A stretch of 64,000 nt of DNA from Myxococcota bacterium (GCA_039194325.1 JBCCWC010000014.1:58057-122056), one strand, 5' to 3'. Positions 35,949-46,292 are shown, numbered from the stretch's first letter. Program-made: numbers and translations. Notes: generated by a model not told the origin, from the sequence alone.

Positions 35949-38759
35949 TCAGGTGGCGGCGAGGGAGCCAAAGCGAGGGCGGCGAGGAGGCTTGACCGGG
36001 ATCGAGCCCGGAGGCAGATCGATCGTGAGCGCCGGATGGGCCCGCCGGATCGTGGCGAGGGCGGCGATGCAGCCGTGGCGCTCGCCCTTGCCCTCGGAGT
36101 GGGCGAAGGACTCGAGCACGGGCAGCACCAGCGCCGCGAACTCGCGGTCTTCGACGGCGAAGTCTCGGACCACCTCGACGAGGCGGGCCTTGGCGACCGA
36201 CGCGGGCAGCGGCCGGTCGGGCAGCTCGTCGCCTTGGTGCTCGCGCCGCTCCATGCGACCCGGGGGCAGGCCGAACATCACGGCCCGCAAGAACTCGCGC
36301 AGGGCCTCGCCGGTGTCGAAGCGTCGCTCGGCCGCCACCGTCTGCCCCGAGGGTTCACCGGCGGAGGCGCCGAGGTAGGCCCCGGGCCGGTGCTTCTCCC
36401 ACAAAAGACGCACCGCGAACAATCGCACCTCGCGATCGGGACTCTCCATCAGCCAGGCCAGGCGCTGTGCGCCGCCGACCTCGTCGTAGCACCGGCGGAT
36501 GAGGGTCAGGCCCACCTCGCGCGTGGACTTGACCGAGCTCTCGGCCAGCATGAATACCTCGTCGGCCAGCAGCCAGTCGGCGGGAGGCGCGTCCTCGGCC
36601 TCGGCCGAGTCCGAGTCAAGACCCAGGCGCAGCAGTACGACCCCAGCGGCGGCCCGGGCCTCGCGGTGGCGGCTATGCGCCAGGTGATACGGCAGGCCAC
36701 GGTCGCCCCATCGAACGATCTCGTGCTTGGCGATGTCTTGGGCCAGCCGGCGCACGTCGGCGCGGCCATCATCAAACAGCGGGCGCACCTGGTCGAGCGG
36801 GTAATCTTTGTGCTTCAGTCGCGGTTTGAGGCCGTAGTCGCGAGCCTCGGACATCAGGGGCCCCGCGGTGGGGTGGTGGACTCGCAGATACGTGGCCGCG
36901 AAGGCGCGCACCGTCTCGGGCTCGTCTGCACCCGCGGCCAGGGCCCACAGCTTGTCGAGTCCCGAACCATCTCCGGCCGCAGCGCCGAAGTCCGCCGGTG
37001 AGAAGTGCTCCAGCATGTAGCGGTGGGCAAAGCCGTGCAGGCTCTGGTCGGCCTGCCGCACCATCGCCAGCAGCCACGGCAGCCCGACTCGGGCCGGCTT
37101 GACCAGCTTGGGGTTGCCCAGCACGTCCAGCGCCATGCTACGCAGCCGCGGCCGCATGACCAGGCCCTTGACCCAGTCCACGTCGAGCGCATCGCCTTTG
37201 AGCATGCCGCCCCGAAGCCATCGGCCCACCCAGTCCGTGTAGCGTCGATCGAGCAGGGCATTTTTAATCCAGTCCAGCCCGATCGCTTGCCCCGGGTACT
37301 TGCCCAGCGTGCGCAGTACCTCCGATTGCCTCCAGCGGTCGAGCCGTGCGTCCTCCAGCAGCGCCAGCCAGTGCTTGGCCGGGATCTTCTTCTTGGCATC
37401 CTCGTAGAGCTTGGTCACGAAGCGCTGCTGGGCGCGGTTGCCCGTCCACAGCACGATGAACGACTCCGCGTCGAGCTCCTCGGGCCCAAAGCTCGCCTTG
37501 ATCTTCTTCTCGGCCGCCTTGGCCGTCTCGCTGGTGCCCAGCAGGCGAACCAGGGCGGGGAGCCCCAGCACCCGGGCCGGCATCGGGTCCAGGCGCTCGG
37601 CCGCGAACTTGCGGACCTCGCTCTCGCCTTCGGTCGCCAGCGTCACCAAAAGCTCCAGCGGCAACTCCGGGGCCTGAGCCCGGGCATAGGTCACCGCGAA
37701 CTTCCGGGCATTGGCGCTGCTCGAGCGCAACAGCGAGATCGCCAGGTCGTGCAGCCCCAGGTCCGCGAGCTTCGAGGGGTGAAACCGGGGATCGTCACGC
37801 AGCAACGTGGTGACAAAGTCGTGGACCGATGCCAGCGGCTTGCGCCCCAGGCGTGCCAGCCAGGCCGGCTCCACCGCGCGCAGGTTCTGCGGAAAGTCCA
37901 CCGTGAGGCAGTGGATCGCAAACTGGCAGACTTCGTTGTTGTCCGCGTCCTCGAGCAGGCGCAGCAGCGGATCGGGCGAGAGCTTCCACGCCTTGGGGAA
38001 CGCGCGCTTCTTCAGATCGCCCGGCGGGCGGCCCACTCCCCCGCGGCCCTGACCGCGCAGCAGCTGATGCCCCCAGATCTGGCTGGCGACCCAGGAGCTC
38101 CAGAAGTTGAAGCTCCGCGGGTAGTGCCGCAGCACCTGCACCGCGAACTGCGGATAGGCTTCGGGCACGGCGGTGCCCAGCTGCCGCAGGTATCGCCACA
38201 CCCGGCGCTGCATATAGAGGAACGTGGCGCCCGAGATCTCCCCGGCCTTGGTCGGGGTCTGACCCATCGCGTCCAGGCGCCAGCCCAGCACGCCGAACAT
38301 GGCCGCATCGTGGCGCTCTTCGGCGAGCTTGTAGACCTGCTTGACCGCCTGCCACAGCCCCCAGCCCATGCGGGCGCGGGTGAAGATCTCCTCGAGGGCG
38401 GCGCGGCCCGGCTCGTCGCCGGCTTCGTAGAGCTCAAGCAGTAGCGCGCCGAGCTTTAGGCGTGGCGGGGGATGGGCCGCCGACTGCAGCGCGTCCCATG
38501 ATGCCCGCCGGATCGAGCGTTGCTCGTCCTCGGTCTTGTAGGCCAGCCGTCCGCCCCCTACCGTGTTACGAAGCCGCGCCAGCGTCCACGCGTCGCGGGG
38601 CAGTGCGGGAACCGAGGCCTTGGGATCCGTTTGCTCGGACCGATCCTCTGGAGGATCGGGCTGGTCCATATAGCGAATGACCAGCTCCGCGAGCTGCGGG
38701 TCGCGTAGCGTTGCCGCACGCTCGATGTCCGTCCAGGTGACCTCACGCTCGCTTGCCAT
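35949..38759 (-). CDS. 936-aa hypothetical alpha-helical protein, first gene of the retron-associated operon
   Basis: Co-oriented with the HEAT gene and 32 bp from it. HEAT-like segments (LMESPDREVRLFA). No catalytic motif recognised. Confidence 0.85.
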   Translation of the reverse strand: MASEREVTWTDIERAATLRDPQLAELVIRYMDQPDPPEDRSEQTDPKASVPALPRDAWTLARLRNTVGGGRLAYKTEDEQRSIRRASWDALQSAAHPPPRLKLGALLLELYEAGDEPGRAALEEIFTRARMGWGLWQAVKQVYKLAEERHDAAMFGVLGWRLDAMGQTPTKAGEISGATFLYMQRRVWRYLRQLGTAVPEAYPQFAVQVLRHYPRSFNFWSSWVASQIWGHQLLRGQGRGGVGRPPGDLKKRAFPKAWKLSPDPLLRLLEDADNNEVCQFAIHCLTVDFPQNLRAVEPAWLARLGRKPLASVHDFVTTLLRDDPRFHPSKLADLGLHDLAISLLRSSSANARKFAVTYARAQAPELPLELLVTLATEGESEVRKFAAERLDPMPARVLGLPALVRLLGTSETAKAAEKKIKASFGPEELDAESFIVLWTGNRAQQRFVTKLYEDAKKKIPAKHWLALLEDARLDRWRQSEVLRTLGKYPGQAIGLDWIKNALLDRRYTDWVGRWLRGGMLKGDALDVDWVKGLVMRPRLRSMALDVLGNPKLVKPARVGLPWLLAMVRQADQSLHGFAHRYMLEHFSPADFGAAAGDGSGLDKLWALAAGADEPETVRAFAATYLRVHHPTAGPLMSEARDYGLKPRLKHKDYPLDQVRPLFDDGRADVRRLAQDIAKHEIVRWGDRGLPYHLAHSRHREARAAAGVVLLRLGLDSDSAEAEDAPPADWLLADEVFMLAESSVKSTREVGLTLIRRCYDEVGGAQRLAWLMESPDREVRLFAVRLLWEKHRPGAYLGASAGEPSGQTVAAERRFDTGEALREFLRAVMFGLPPGRMERREHQGDELPDRPLPASVAKARLVEVVRDFAVEDREFAALVLPVLESFAHSEGKGERHGCIAALATIRRAHPALTIDLPPGSIPVKPPRRPRFGSLAAT

Positions 38760-38910
38760 CTGCCCCCTTGTCCGAGCGCGTACGCGACCGGACGGCGATC
38801 CTCCGGGAGCGGCGGCAAGAACGCAACCCTAAATGATGGTCGAGGCCGCGATTGGGCGGCCTTTGGGGGGGCGTGGGCGCGGCAAGAAGCGGGGTCGGCG
38901 CAGGATCCGG

Positions 38911-40320
38911 CTAGGTGCCTGGGTTCGCCGCCTGCTTGGCCCGGCGCTCCAGGTCCAACAAGCGCTTTCGCTCCTCTTGTTGTTGCGCCTTCATCTGGGC
39001 CTCCAGCTTTGCTTGCTCTGCCTCGAGGTCCTCGAGGTCTTGGATGTCTTGGAGGAACTGGTCGATGCTCGCGATCCGCTGGCGGGCGTCGGCAACCTCT
39101 TGGGGGAATCGGCCCTTGGCGGCCTTGGCAAAGCGGTCGAAGAAGCGCTTGGCATCGAGGTAGGGCTCGTCGTTGAACTTGGTCTTGCCCTCGCCCGGGC
39201 CCTTGCCCGGGTCGGCCACCGCCGAGTGGGCGGGGGCGATGTGCTCGTGGTAGAGGATGCCCAAGTTGTAGAGTGCGCGGGGATCCCGGTCGTCGAGCTT
39301 GCGGGCGCGCACGAGGGTCTTCTCCGCGTCGTCGTAGCGACGCAAGCCGCGCTGGGCCACGCCCAGGCCCAGCAGTGCGGTCACGTTTCGTCGGTGCTGC
39401 CCGTCGTCGAGCGCCTTGACGAGGCTCTGCTCGGCCGTGGCGTAGTCGCGAAAGCGTAGCGCGATCATGGCGATGTTGAGGTGAGCCTCCGGGTGGCCGG
39501 GATCGATCTGCGTGGCTCGCTTGAATGCACGCAGGGCCATGACCTGATCGTCGTCTTCCATGAGTAGCAGGCCGTGGATGTTGGCCAGCTCGGCGCTGGG
39601 TTGCCCGTTTTGCTCGAGGATCTTGGTGCCCTGGGAGACGACCAGCTTGGCGAGCAGCAGATATGAGCGCTCGCCGGCCCGGCCGCGGTCGTAGTACAGG
39701 CGGGCCAGATTCTCGTGGGAGGTGGCGTTGTCGGAGTCCACCGCCAGTGCGTTGCGTAGCGCCAGCTCGGCCTGGTCGAAGTCGTTGGTGGCCTTCCCGC
39801 TCAGGTAACGGTGGCGCAGCGCCGCGGCCAGGTTGTTGCGAGCGGCGGGCGAGTTGGGGTCGGCATCGACCGCCTGCTGGAACGATGTCGCGGCCTTGCT
39901 CCGCTCACCGGTGTTCCACCGGAGCACGCCCAGGTTGTTGTGGGCGCCACAGTGATCGTGGCGGGCGGCGATCGTGTCGCGATAGGCGGCCTTGGCCTCG
40001 TCGGTGTTGCCGCAGCGCTCCCAGACCACGCCGGCATTGAACAGCGCGTTGGCGGTCGCGGGCTGCTCGTCGTCATGGGCAGCGCGGAAGGTCGCGGTGA
40101 CCTCCCTGCACTCTTTTGGGTCCAGTCGGCCGTCGGCTTCGGCCTTGGCCAAAGCAAAGAGCGCCCGGTCGAGGTCGGCCTTGGCCTTCTTCTCGTCGAG
40201 CGGCGGTGGCTCGGGGCAGACCGTGCCGTCTGGGCACTGGGTCGGGTCGGTATTGGGCGGGATGCAGGCGGTCACGCCAAGGGCCAGCCCGAGGCCGGCC
40301 CCGCGAATGATTGAGGACAT
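38911..40320 (-). CDS. TPR-repeat lipoprotein, resembling the GltE/AglT gliding-motility TPR proteins
   Basis: Lipobox LGVTAC and multiple TPR motifs (ALFNAG, AHNNLG, AHLNIA, ALYNLG). Confidence 0.8.
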   Translation of the reverse strand: MSSIIRGAGLGLALGVTACIPPNTDPTQCPDGTVCPEPPPLDEKKAKADLDRALFALAKAEADGRLDPKECREVTATFRAAHDDEQPATANALFNAGVVWERCGNTDEAKAAYRDTIAARHDHCGAHNNLGVLRWNTGERSKAATSFQQAVDADPNSPAARNNLAAALRHRYLSGKATNDFDQAELALRNALAVDSDNATSHENLARLYYDRGRAGERSYLLLAKLVVSQGTKILEQNGQPSAELANIHGLLLMEDDDQVMALRAFKRATQIDPGHPEAHLNIAMIALRFRDYATAEQSLVKALDDGQHRRNVTALLGLGVAQRGLRRYDDAEKTLVRARKLDDRDPRALYNLGILYHEHIAPAHSAVADPGKGPGEGKTKFNDEPYLDAKRFFDRFAKAAKGRFPQEVADARQRIASIDQFLQDIQDLEDLEAEQAKLEAQMKAQQQEERKRLLDLERRAKQAANPGT

Positions 40321-40590
40321 GGAGGGTCTCCGAGGCTCGACGACAGGCGGCGAGGCCACGATCGGTGCGAGACATCGATCGGGCCTACGCTGCCTGTTGA
40401 GGTTCGAGGAAGGACGCCGGGTACCACGAGGGGCGCCGATGAAGGTTCCCGGGTCGAGGTTTGGTCGATGTCGATCAAACAGCGAGCAGACTCATCGGGA
40501 GACGAACGTTCGCGCGGACCCGATCGTGTAGGAGCGACTACGTGGAGTTCAAGCGAGCGTACGTGGCGCGGTGCTTTGCCTCGCGGGCGA

Positions 40591-41289
40591 TCACCGGGGC
40601 TGTGCCGCGCACGCGTAGATGCCAAATCCCGTGCCCACCGTCTCACAGCGTCCATCAGCGCCGCAGCTGCTCGCCCCGGGGTTGGGTGCACCGGCCGCGG
40701 CCATGGCGTTGATGCACTCGACATTCGAGGCGCAGTTGACCGAGCAAGCCGTGCCGAAGCACAGCGGGTCGTAGTTGCTGAAGTCCCAGCATACCCCCGT
40801 CATGCAGTCGGCATCCGCGAAGCATTCCTCGCCGATCGCCAGCGGCCCGAAGCCCCCGCTGCTCGAGCCATTCGGGCCGGTCTCGCCCACACCTATGGTG
40901 GTGGCCCCTGCGGTCGACTCGCTCGGGCCGGTCGAGCCTTCGAGGCCCATGGTGCTATCGGCGAGGGTCGTGGTCGAAGTGCCCGTGGTGTCCGATGGGC
41001 CCGTGCTCGTCATTGGCCCGGTGGTGTCCGCAGGTCCAGTCTCTGCGCTGCTGTCCACGCACTCGCACGGGCCGAACGCAGTGCCCTCGGCGTTGCACTC
41101 TTGGTTGCCCATGCCGCCCGGGCACACGCAGGGCTGGAGCGCTCCGGGCACGCACGCCGGAGGTCCGCCTTCGGTCGTGCTGGGGCCGGTGCTCGCGTCG
41201 CTGGTGCCTCCACCCCCGCTCGGGTCGAAGCAAGCCGTGAGAGTCAGCGAGACGACGACGGGGCCGAGGGCGGATCCGAACGAGCGCAT
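40591..41289 (-). CDS. Cys-rich lipoprotein with Ser/Thr linkers
   Basis: MRSFGSALGPVVVSLTLTAC, CVPG...CVC...QEC, C-terminal Cys cluster. Confidence 0.72.
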   Translation of the reverse strand: MRSFGSALGPVVVSLTLTACFDPSGGGGTSDASTGPSTTEGGPPACVPGALQPCVCPGGMGNQECNAEGTAFGPCECVDSSAETGPADTTGPMTSTGPSDTTGTSTTTLADSTMGLEGSTGPSESTAGATTIGVGETGPNGSSSGGFGPLAIGEECFADADCMTGVCWDFSNYDPLCFGTACSVNCASNVECINAMAAAGAPNPGASSCGADGRCETVGTGFGIYACAAQPR

Positions 41290-41362
41290 GCAGCAACGAT
41301 AGCAAGCGGGTGTCCCGTACACGGACCCTCGGCGGTGCGGTGTTGGCGAGGGGGTCGATTCG

Positions 41363-42085
41363 TTGCGATCGACCGCATTCGCCTGCTCGGCACGAGCCAT
41401 TTGCCGGAGCGATGCTAGTGACCAATACGTGGAAAGGCTCACCCTCGCGGTCCTCGACGATCAGCTCGCCATCAAGCTCGCGCAGGAGTCTGGGGAGCTG
41501 CAAGACATCGAGATCGTATGGTCGGGCCAATCCGCCGATTCGATGATGGATGCGCTGCCTGTGCTGCGCCCGCGGGTTTTGGTGCTGCAGCTCGAGCATT
41601 TGGGGAGCAACCCGATTACCCGCGCTCAGCTGCTGGCCAAGCTCGCCGAGGCGGAGCTCACCATCGTGACGTATGCGTTCGCCCGGCGAGAGGTGCTCGA
41701 CGCACTGCGGAGCGAATCGGTCCGGCCGGTAAGGGTACCCCTCACGGCTCAGGATTTTCGTGCCCAGCTGACCGGTGTGATCGTGCGCTCGCTGACCGTC
41801 GACCAAGCCGATCCGCCGGAGGAGATTCAGCCTCCCCGCTACTCCCTGGCCAAGCTCGCCGAGCTCGAGGCGATCTCCACCAACGTGCAGTGCGAGTGCC
41901 CCCATCACCTCTCCTCGCTGCTGACCTCGCTGACCTACTTCGAGCGCTACTGTCAGGATTGCGAGAACCGCGACGAGGACGATGCCAAGCTCCACCACAT
42001 GCTCTACGAGCACACGGCCCGGGCGCGGATGATCCTCGAAGAGGGGCTGCGGCATACCCTCATCCACGAGAACATCAGCGTCTAG
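41363..42085 (+). CDS. Hypothetical protein with a CECPxHL domain like the C-terminus of some MerR-family regulators, lacking an HTH
   Basis: ISTNVQCECPHHL...LTYFERYCQDCENRDEDDAKLH. Start may be GTG 41429. Confidence 0.7.
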   Translation: MRSTAFACSARAICRSDASDQYVERLTLAVLDDQLAIKLAQESGELQDIEIVWSGQSADSMMDALPVLRPRVLVLQLEHLGSNPITRAQLLAKLAEAELTIVTYAFARREVLDALRSESVRPVRVPLTAQDFRAQLTGVIVRSLTVDQADPPEEIQPPRYSLAKLAELEAISTNVQCECPHHLSSLLTSLTYFERYCQDCENRDEDDAKLHHMLYEHTARARMILEEGLRHTLIHENISV

Positions 42086-42220
42086 GGCTGCGGCTTTCCG
42101 GCGAACGCTTGGCGGCCAAGCGCGACATTCGCAGGATCGACCCGGTTGCGGACGACACGTCGCTGGTGCTTGTCAGAAATGGTTGGGTTCGTGTGAGAGG
42201 CCATTGACGGCCGTGCGAAA

Positions 42221-42640
42221 AGGTCGGGATCAGCGCGGAAGGCCCTCGGCGGCGGTGGTCGCAGGTCGGGATCAGCGCGGGAGGCCCTCTTCGGCGGTGA
42301 TCGCAGGTCGGGGTCGGCGCGGGAGGCCATCGTCGGCGGTGGTCGCAGGTCGAGGCCAGCGCGGGACGCCATCGGCGGTGGCGGTCGCAGGTCGAGGCCA
42401 GCGCGGGAGGCCATCGTCGGCGGTGGTCGTAAGGTCAAGGCCAGCGCGAGAGGCCCTCGGCGGCGGTGGTCGCAGGTCGAGTCCAGCGTGGGAGGCCATC
42501 GGCGGTCGTGGTCGCAAGGTCGAGGCCAGCGCGGGAGGCCATCGACGGCGGTGGTCGCGAGGTCAAGGCCAGCGCGGGAGGCCATCGGCGGCGGTGGTCG
42601 CAGGTCGAGGCCAGCGTGGGAGGCCATCGGCAGCGGTGGG
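42221..42640. repeat. Non-coding tandem array, 10 copies of a 42-43 bp unit
   Basis: Consensus AGGTCGAGGCCAGCGCGGGAGGCCATCGGCGGCGGTGGTCGC. Unit starts at 42221, 42263, 42305, 42347, 42389, 42432, 42474, 42517, 42560, 42602. Confidence 0.92.
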
Positions 42641-42827
42641 AGCAGGCATGGCCACTCGCAATGGCCTTTCGAGGGAGCGGATCCGAGCCAACTAGCCAGG
42701 CGCAGGGGTGCAGGGAGCTGCTCTCGAAATTAATCGAAAAAAAAAGACCGGAACTCGGCCAATCTCTGGGCCGAGAACACTACTTCAAAGTGCCCGCAAA
42801 CAAGCGGACAGAAAGGCTCTAAAAGTC

Positions 42828-43664
42828 ATGCGTGCACTGTTGTTGTCCGATGTCGAGCTCTCCTTGAGACACCTGCTCGTGGAAAAGAACGCGACCTTAC
42901 AAAACACCGCAGCCGGCCGGCTCTATGTTCCGCGACTGACTGCGTATCGGTCGATGATTACAGCCCTGCCCGAATCCGACTTGGAACGGCGTCAGCTCGT
43001 CGCGACCATGGTCCGTACTGACTCCCAGTACAATGCGTCTGGCGCGGCTATCTGGCACTATATCGAGTCGGTGCTTCGGGCTCCAGATATCCCGCCGAAG
43101 GAACGTAGTGCGGCCGTACAGATCCGCGAGGCGTTCGTCCCGCAGCTCTCGATCCTCAACCTCAGCTATGCGACCAAGGCGGCGCATGCGGAGCAAAGGC
43201 GACCGCGTATTTCCGAGCTCGCCATCGAGCTGGAGCGATTTTCGGTCCCGGGTCACTCGACGCTGGCCGCGTGGGTAGAGAGCTTCGTCTCCGCAGGTGA
43301 GGCCCTCGGCGAGCAGCTTGTGGTCCGAGCCAAGCTACACCCAACGGGAGGGCTACGAGCGGAAGCCCCTCGTCTTCGAACCGAGACCATCGGGCTCCTG
43401 ATGCGGTTGCGAGCCGCGCTGGCCGACGAATTCGCTGATGATCCAGCGACCTTGCGCGAGTACGATGCCGAGCTGTTCGGCTTCATCGACGAGCTCGTTG
43501 CTCGCCGTGAGCAGAGCCTAAGTCGACGAGCTACCCCGGCTGAGGAGGATCCGGAGGTCGAGGTCGACGAGCTTCCGGCGGTTGCCTCGGAGCGATCCGA
43601 GGAGGAACCACCCAAGAGCGCTCAACCCGAAGAGCGATCGGCGAGGGCGCGCTTGGCAAGCTGA
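42828..43664 (+). CDS. Hypothetical protein
   Basis: Helical ORF starting MRALLLSD, preceded by an A-rich upstream region. Codon usage appears less GC3-biased than neighbouring genes. Confidence 0.65.
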   Translation: MRALLLSDVELSLRHLLVEKNATLQNTAAGRLYVPRLTAYRSMITALPESDLERRQLVATMVRTDSQYNASGAAIWHYIESVLRAPDIPPKERSAAVQIREAFVPQLSILNLSYATKAAHAEQRRPRISELAIELERFSVPGHSTLAAWVESFVSAGEALGEQLVVRAKLHPTGGLRAEAPRLRTETIGLLMRLRAALADEFADDPATLREYDAELFGFIDELVARREQSLSRRATPAEEDPEVEVDELPAVASERSEEEPPKSAQPEERSARARLAS

Positions 43665-43966
43665 GATCGATGGGGCCTATCAGGCCTCGACGAGACCTCG
43701 CCAGGATCGACTGGCGAGGTCTCGCAGATCATCGATCCGTCTTCGTGTGTTCGGGACTACGACTCGGACGAGAGGCGCGCGGCTGGTTCGTGTCGCGGCG
43801 TGAGCTCTTGGCTCGGGGAGACCATGACCTCGACCAGCGGCAGCGCCCTCTTCGCCCCTTGGCCTCCTGGTTCGGCGTGGTCTCCGATCGGGTAGGAGAA
43901 TCCAGCACGGCGCCCAGGGTCTGTGGATGGCGGCGCCGAAGCTCCACTCGGCTATGCTCCCGCGCG

Positions 43967-45127
43967 GTGAAGTCGCAGGCCTTGCTCTCGCGCGCGTTCG
44001 TATTGGCGTTCTGCGCCAACTTTCTCCATAGCCTCGCGTTCTTCGGCTATCTCCACCTACCCGGTTTCCTCGCCGACACCGGGGCCACCGAGCTGACGAT
44101 CGGCGTGGTCATCGGGGCCATGGCCGCCTCGGCGATCGTGCTGCGTCCGTTCATCGGCGAGCTGCTCGACCGTCGGGGCCGCCGGATCATCGCTCGGCTC
44201 GGCTCGGTCGTGCACCTGCTGGCCACGCTGGCTTACCTCACGATTGGCGACGTCGGCCCCTGGTTGTTCGTGGTGCGCGTGGTCCACGGAGCGGCAGAGG
44301 CGATGCTCTTCTCGGTCCTGTTCACCATAGCCGCCGACGTCGCCCCTCCGTCGCGGCGAACCGAGGCCATCGCGCTGTTTGGGGTCTCGGGCCTGCTGCC
44401 CATGTCGCTGAGCGGCCTGATGGGCGATCTGATCCTGGCGCAGGCCGGCTATGCGGAGCTGTTCATCGCCACCGCGGTGGTCGCCGGGCTGGGGGGGCTT
44501 TGTGCGTGGCCGCTGCCCGACTCGCGGCCGGCGGTCGAGTCCGACGCGCCTGCGCGGCGATCGTTCCTCGCGGCCGTCATGCAGCGGCCGCTGCGGCCCA
44601 TATGGTGGCTGGGCCTGACATTCGCGACCGCGATCTCGAGCTACTTCACGTTCCTCAAGACGTTCATCGAGCACACCGGCACGGGCTCGATGGGTCTTTT
44701 CTACACGGTCTACTCGGTCGTGGCGATCATCTTGCGCCTGGGGCTGGGCTGGCTGCCCGACCGGTTCGGGCCGCGGCGTACCCTGTACCCGGCGATCTTG
44801 GCCACCACCGGCGGCCTGCTGCTGTTGCCCGTGGCGAGCAACAACCTGGAGATGGGTGTATCGGGCATGTTGTGCGGGATGGGCCACGCCTTCGTGTTCC
44901 CGATCCTGCTGGCGATGGTCGTCGAGCGGGCCGCGGCGAGCGAGCGAGGGGTGGCCCTGTCGATGTTCACGGCGCTGTTCGATCTGGGGCTCTTGCTCGG
45001 CTCTCCGCTGCTGGGGGCGCTGCTCGAGCGCACGGACTACGCCGTGATGTTCACCTCGGCCGCGCTCGTCACGGTGGTCGGGGGCATCGTCTACGCGCTG
45101 TGGGATCGTCGAGCCACGGGCGGATAG
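43967..45127 (+). CDS. MFS transporter
   Basis: About 12 TM segments, GELLDRRGRR and WLPDRFGPRR motifs. GTG start at 43967. Confidence 0.92.
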   Translation: MKSQALLSRAFVLAFCANFLHSLAFFGYLHLPGFLADTGATELTIGVVIGAMAASAIVLRPFIGELLDRRGRRIIARLGSVVHLLATLAYLTIGDVGPWLFVVRVVHGAAEAMLFSVLFTIAADVAPPSRRTEAIALFGVSGLLPMSLSGLMGDLILAQAGYAELFIATAVVAGLGGLCAWPLPDSRPAVESDAPARRSFLAAVMQRPLRPIWWLGLTFATAISSYFTFLKTFIEHTGTGSMGLFYTVYSVVAIILRLGLGWLPDRFGPRRTLYPAILATTGGLLLLPVASNNLEMGVSGMLCGMGHAFVFPILLAMVVERAAASERGVALSMFTALFDLGLLLGSPLLGALLERTDYAVMFTSAALVTVVGGIVYALWDRRATGG

Positions 45128-45136
45128 GGCCGCGGC

Positions 45137-46186
45137 TCATGAGCACGACCCCACCATGACTCGATGGATCCGCACCAACGCCTCGTCGATCGTAGCCTCG
45201 TCGTGATGTCGGTGGGTCACCAGTCGGATCTGATGCGGAGGTCGTCCGCTCGCGATCACGCCGGCTTCTTGCAGCAAAGTGAGCACCGCCTTGGTGTCCA
45301 ACCCGCTGCTCCGATGATCCACATACACCATGTTGGTATCGACCGCGTCCAGCTCCACCGCCAGCCCGGGGATCTTGGCGATACCCTCGGCGAGCCGCCG
45401 GGCATGACGATGATCCTCGGCCAGCCGCTCGACCATGGTCTCCAGGGCCACGATGCCGGGAGCGGCGATGATCCCCGCCTGTCGCAGGCCTCCGCCCAGG
45501 CGGCGGCGCACCCGCTCGGCCTGCTCGATGAACTCCCGGCTACCCGCCAACACCGAGCCCAGCGGGCAGCTCAGCCCCTTGGTCAGGCAGAGCATCACCG
45601 AGTCGACATCGCGGGTGTACTCGGTCACCGACACCCCGGCGGCAATGGCGGCGTTGAAGATCCGGGCCCCGTCCAGGTGCACACGCAGGCCGTGGCTGCG
45701 AGCCGTTCGGCACAGGGCGCGGTGATGCTCGACCGGGATCACCCGACCGCCGCTCCGATTATGGGTGTTTTCCAGGCACAACAGCCGCGCGCGTGGGTAG
45801 TGCAGGTCCCGGCCCCGGATCGCAGCTCGCAGCTCGTCGGGATCGAGGCGACCCCCCGAAGAGGCGAGCGGCCAAGGCATCAGGCCGGCCACGTTCGCGA
45901 GTGAGCCGACCTCGTAGTAGTAGATGTGGCTGTTGCGGTCGAGCAGCACCTCGTCGCCGGGCTGGGCGTGGACCATCAACGCGACGAGGTTGCCCATATG
46001 GCCGCTGGGGACCAGCAGCGCGGCATCCTTGCCCAGGCGTGCCGCGGCGAGCGCCTCGAAGCGCGCCACGGTGGGATCCTCGTGGTAGGTGTCGTCGCCC
46101 AACGAGGCGGTGGCGATCGCCTGGAGCATGGCCTCGGTGGGGAGCGTCTGGGTATCACTGCGGAGGTTGATGAGGGCGCCAGCCAC
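45137..46186 (-). CDS. ltaE: Low-specificity L-threonine aldolase (PLP-dependent)
   Basis: INLRSDTQTLPT, GDDTYHEDPTV, CLENTHN, HLDGARIFNA, CLTKGLSCPLGS. Confidence 0.9.
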   Translation of the reverse strand: MAGALINLRSDTQTLPTEAMLQAIATASLGDDTYHEDPTVARFEALAAARLGKDAALLVPSGHMGNLVALMVHAQPGDEVLLDRNSHIYYYEVGSLANVAGLMPWPLASSGGRLDPDELRAAIRGRDLHYPRARLLCLENTHNRSGGRVIPVEHHRALCRTARSHGLRVHLDGARIFNAAIAAGVSVTEYTRDVDSVMLCLTKGLSCPLGSVLAGSREFIEQAERVRRRLGGGLRQAGIIAAPGIVALETMVERLAEDHRHARRLAEGIAKIPGLAVELDAVDTNMVYVDHRSSGLDTKAVLTLLQEAGVIASGRPPHQIRLVTHRHHDEATIDEALVRIHRVMVGSCS

Positions 46187-46292
46187 GAGCCGCAGGCTAC
46201 CAGGCCGAGGCACGCCTCCGTATGATGGCGAGATGGTCGAGCGGTGATACGGGTGAAACGGAAGGCCGTCGATCCGTGTCAAAGTACGCCTC

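Noticed and set aside
35922..35952. 13-bp tandem duplication TTCAGGCGGAGAT between the 936-aa and HEAT genes as a target-site duplication
   Set aside because: No element lies between the copies. Most likely simple slippage around the stop codon.
42221..42640. CRISPR array
   Set aside because: The units are contiguous, with no unique spacers and no cas genes.
42082..42695. ORFs made of the tandem repeat (42082-42627 minus, 42183-42695 plus)
   Set aside because: The 43-bp units shift the repeat between frames, so the peptides are incoherent.
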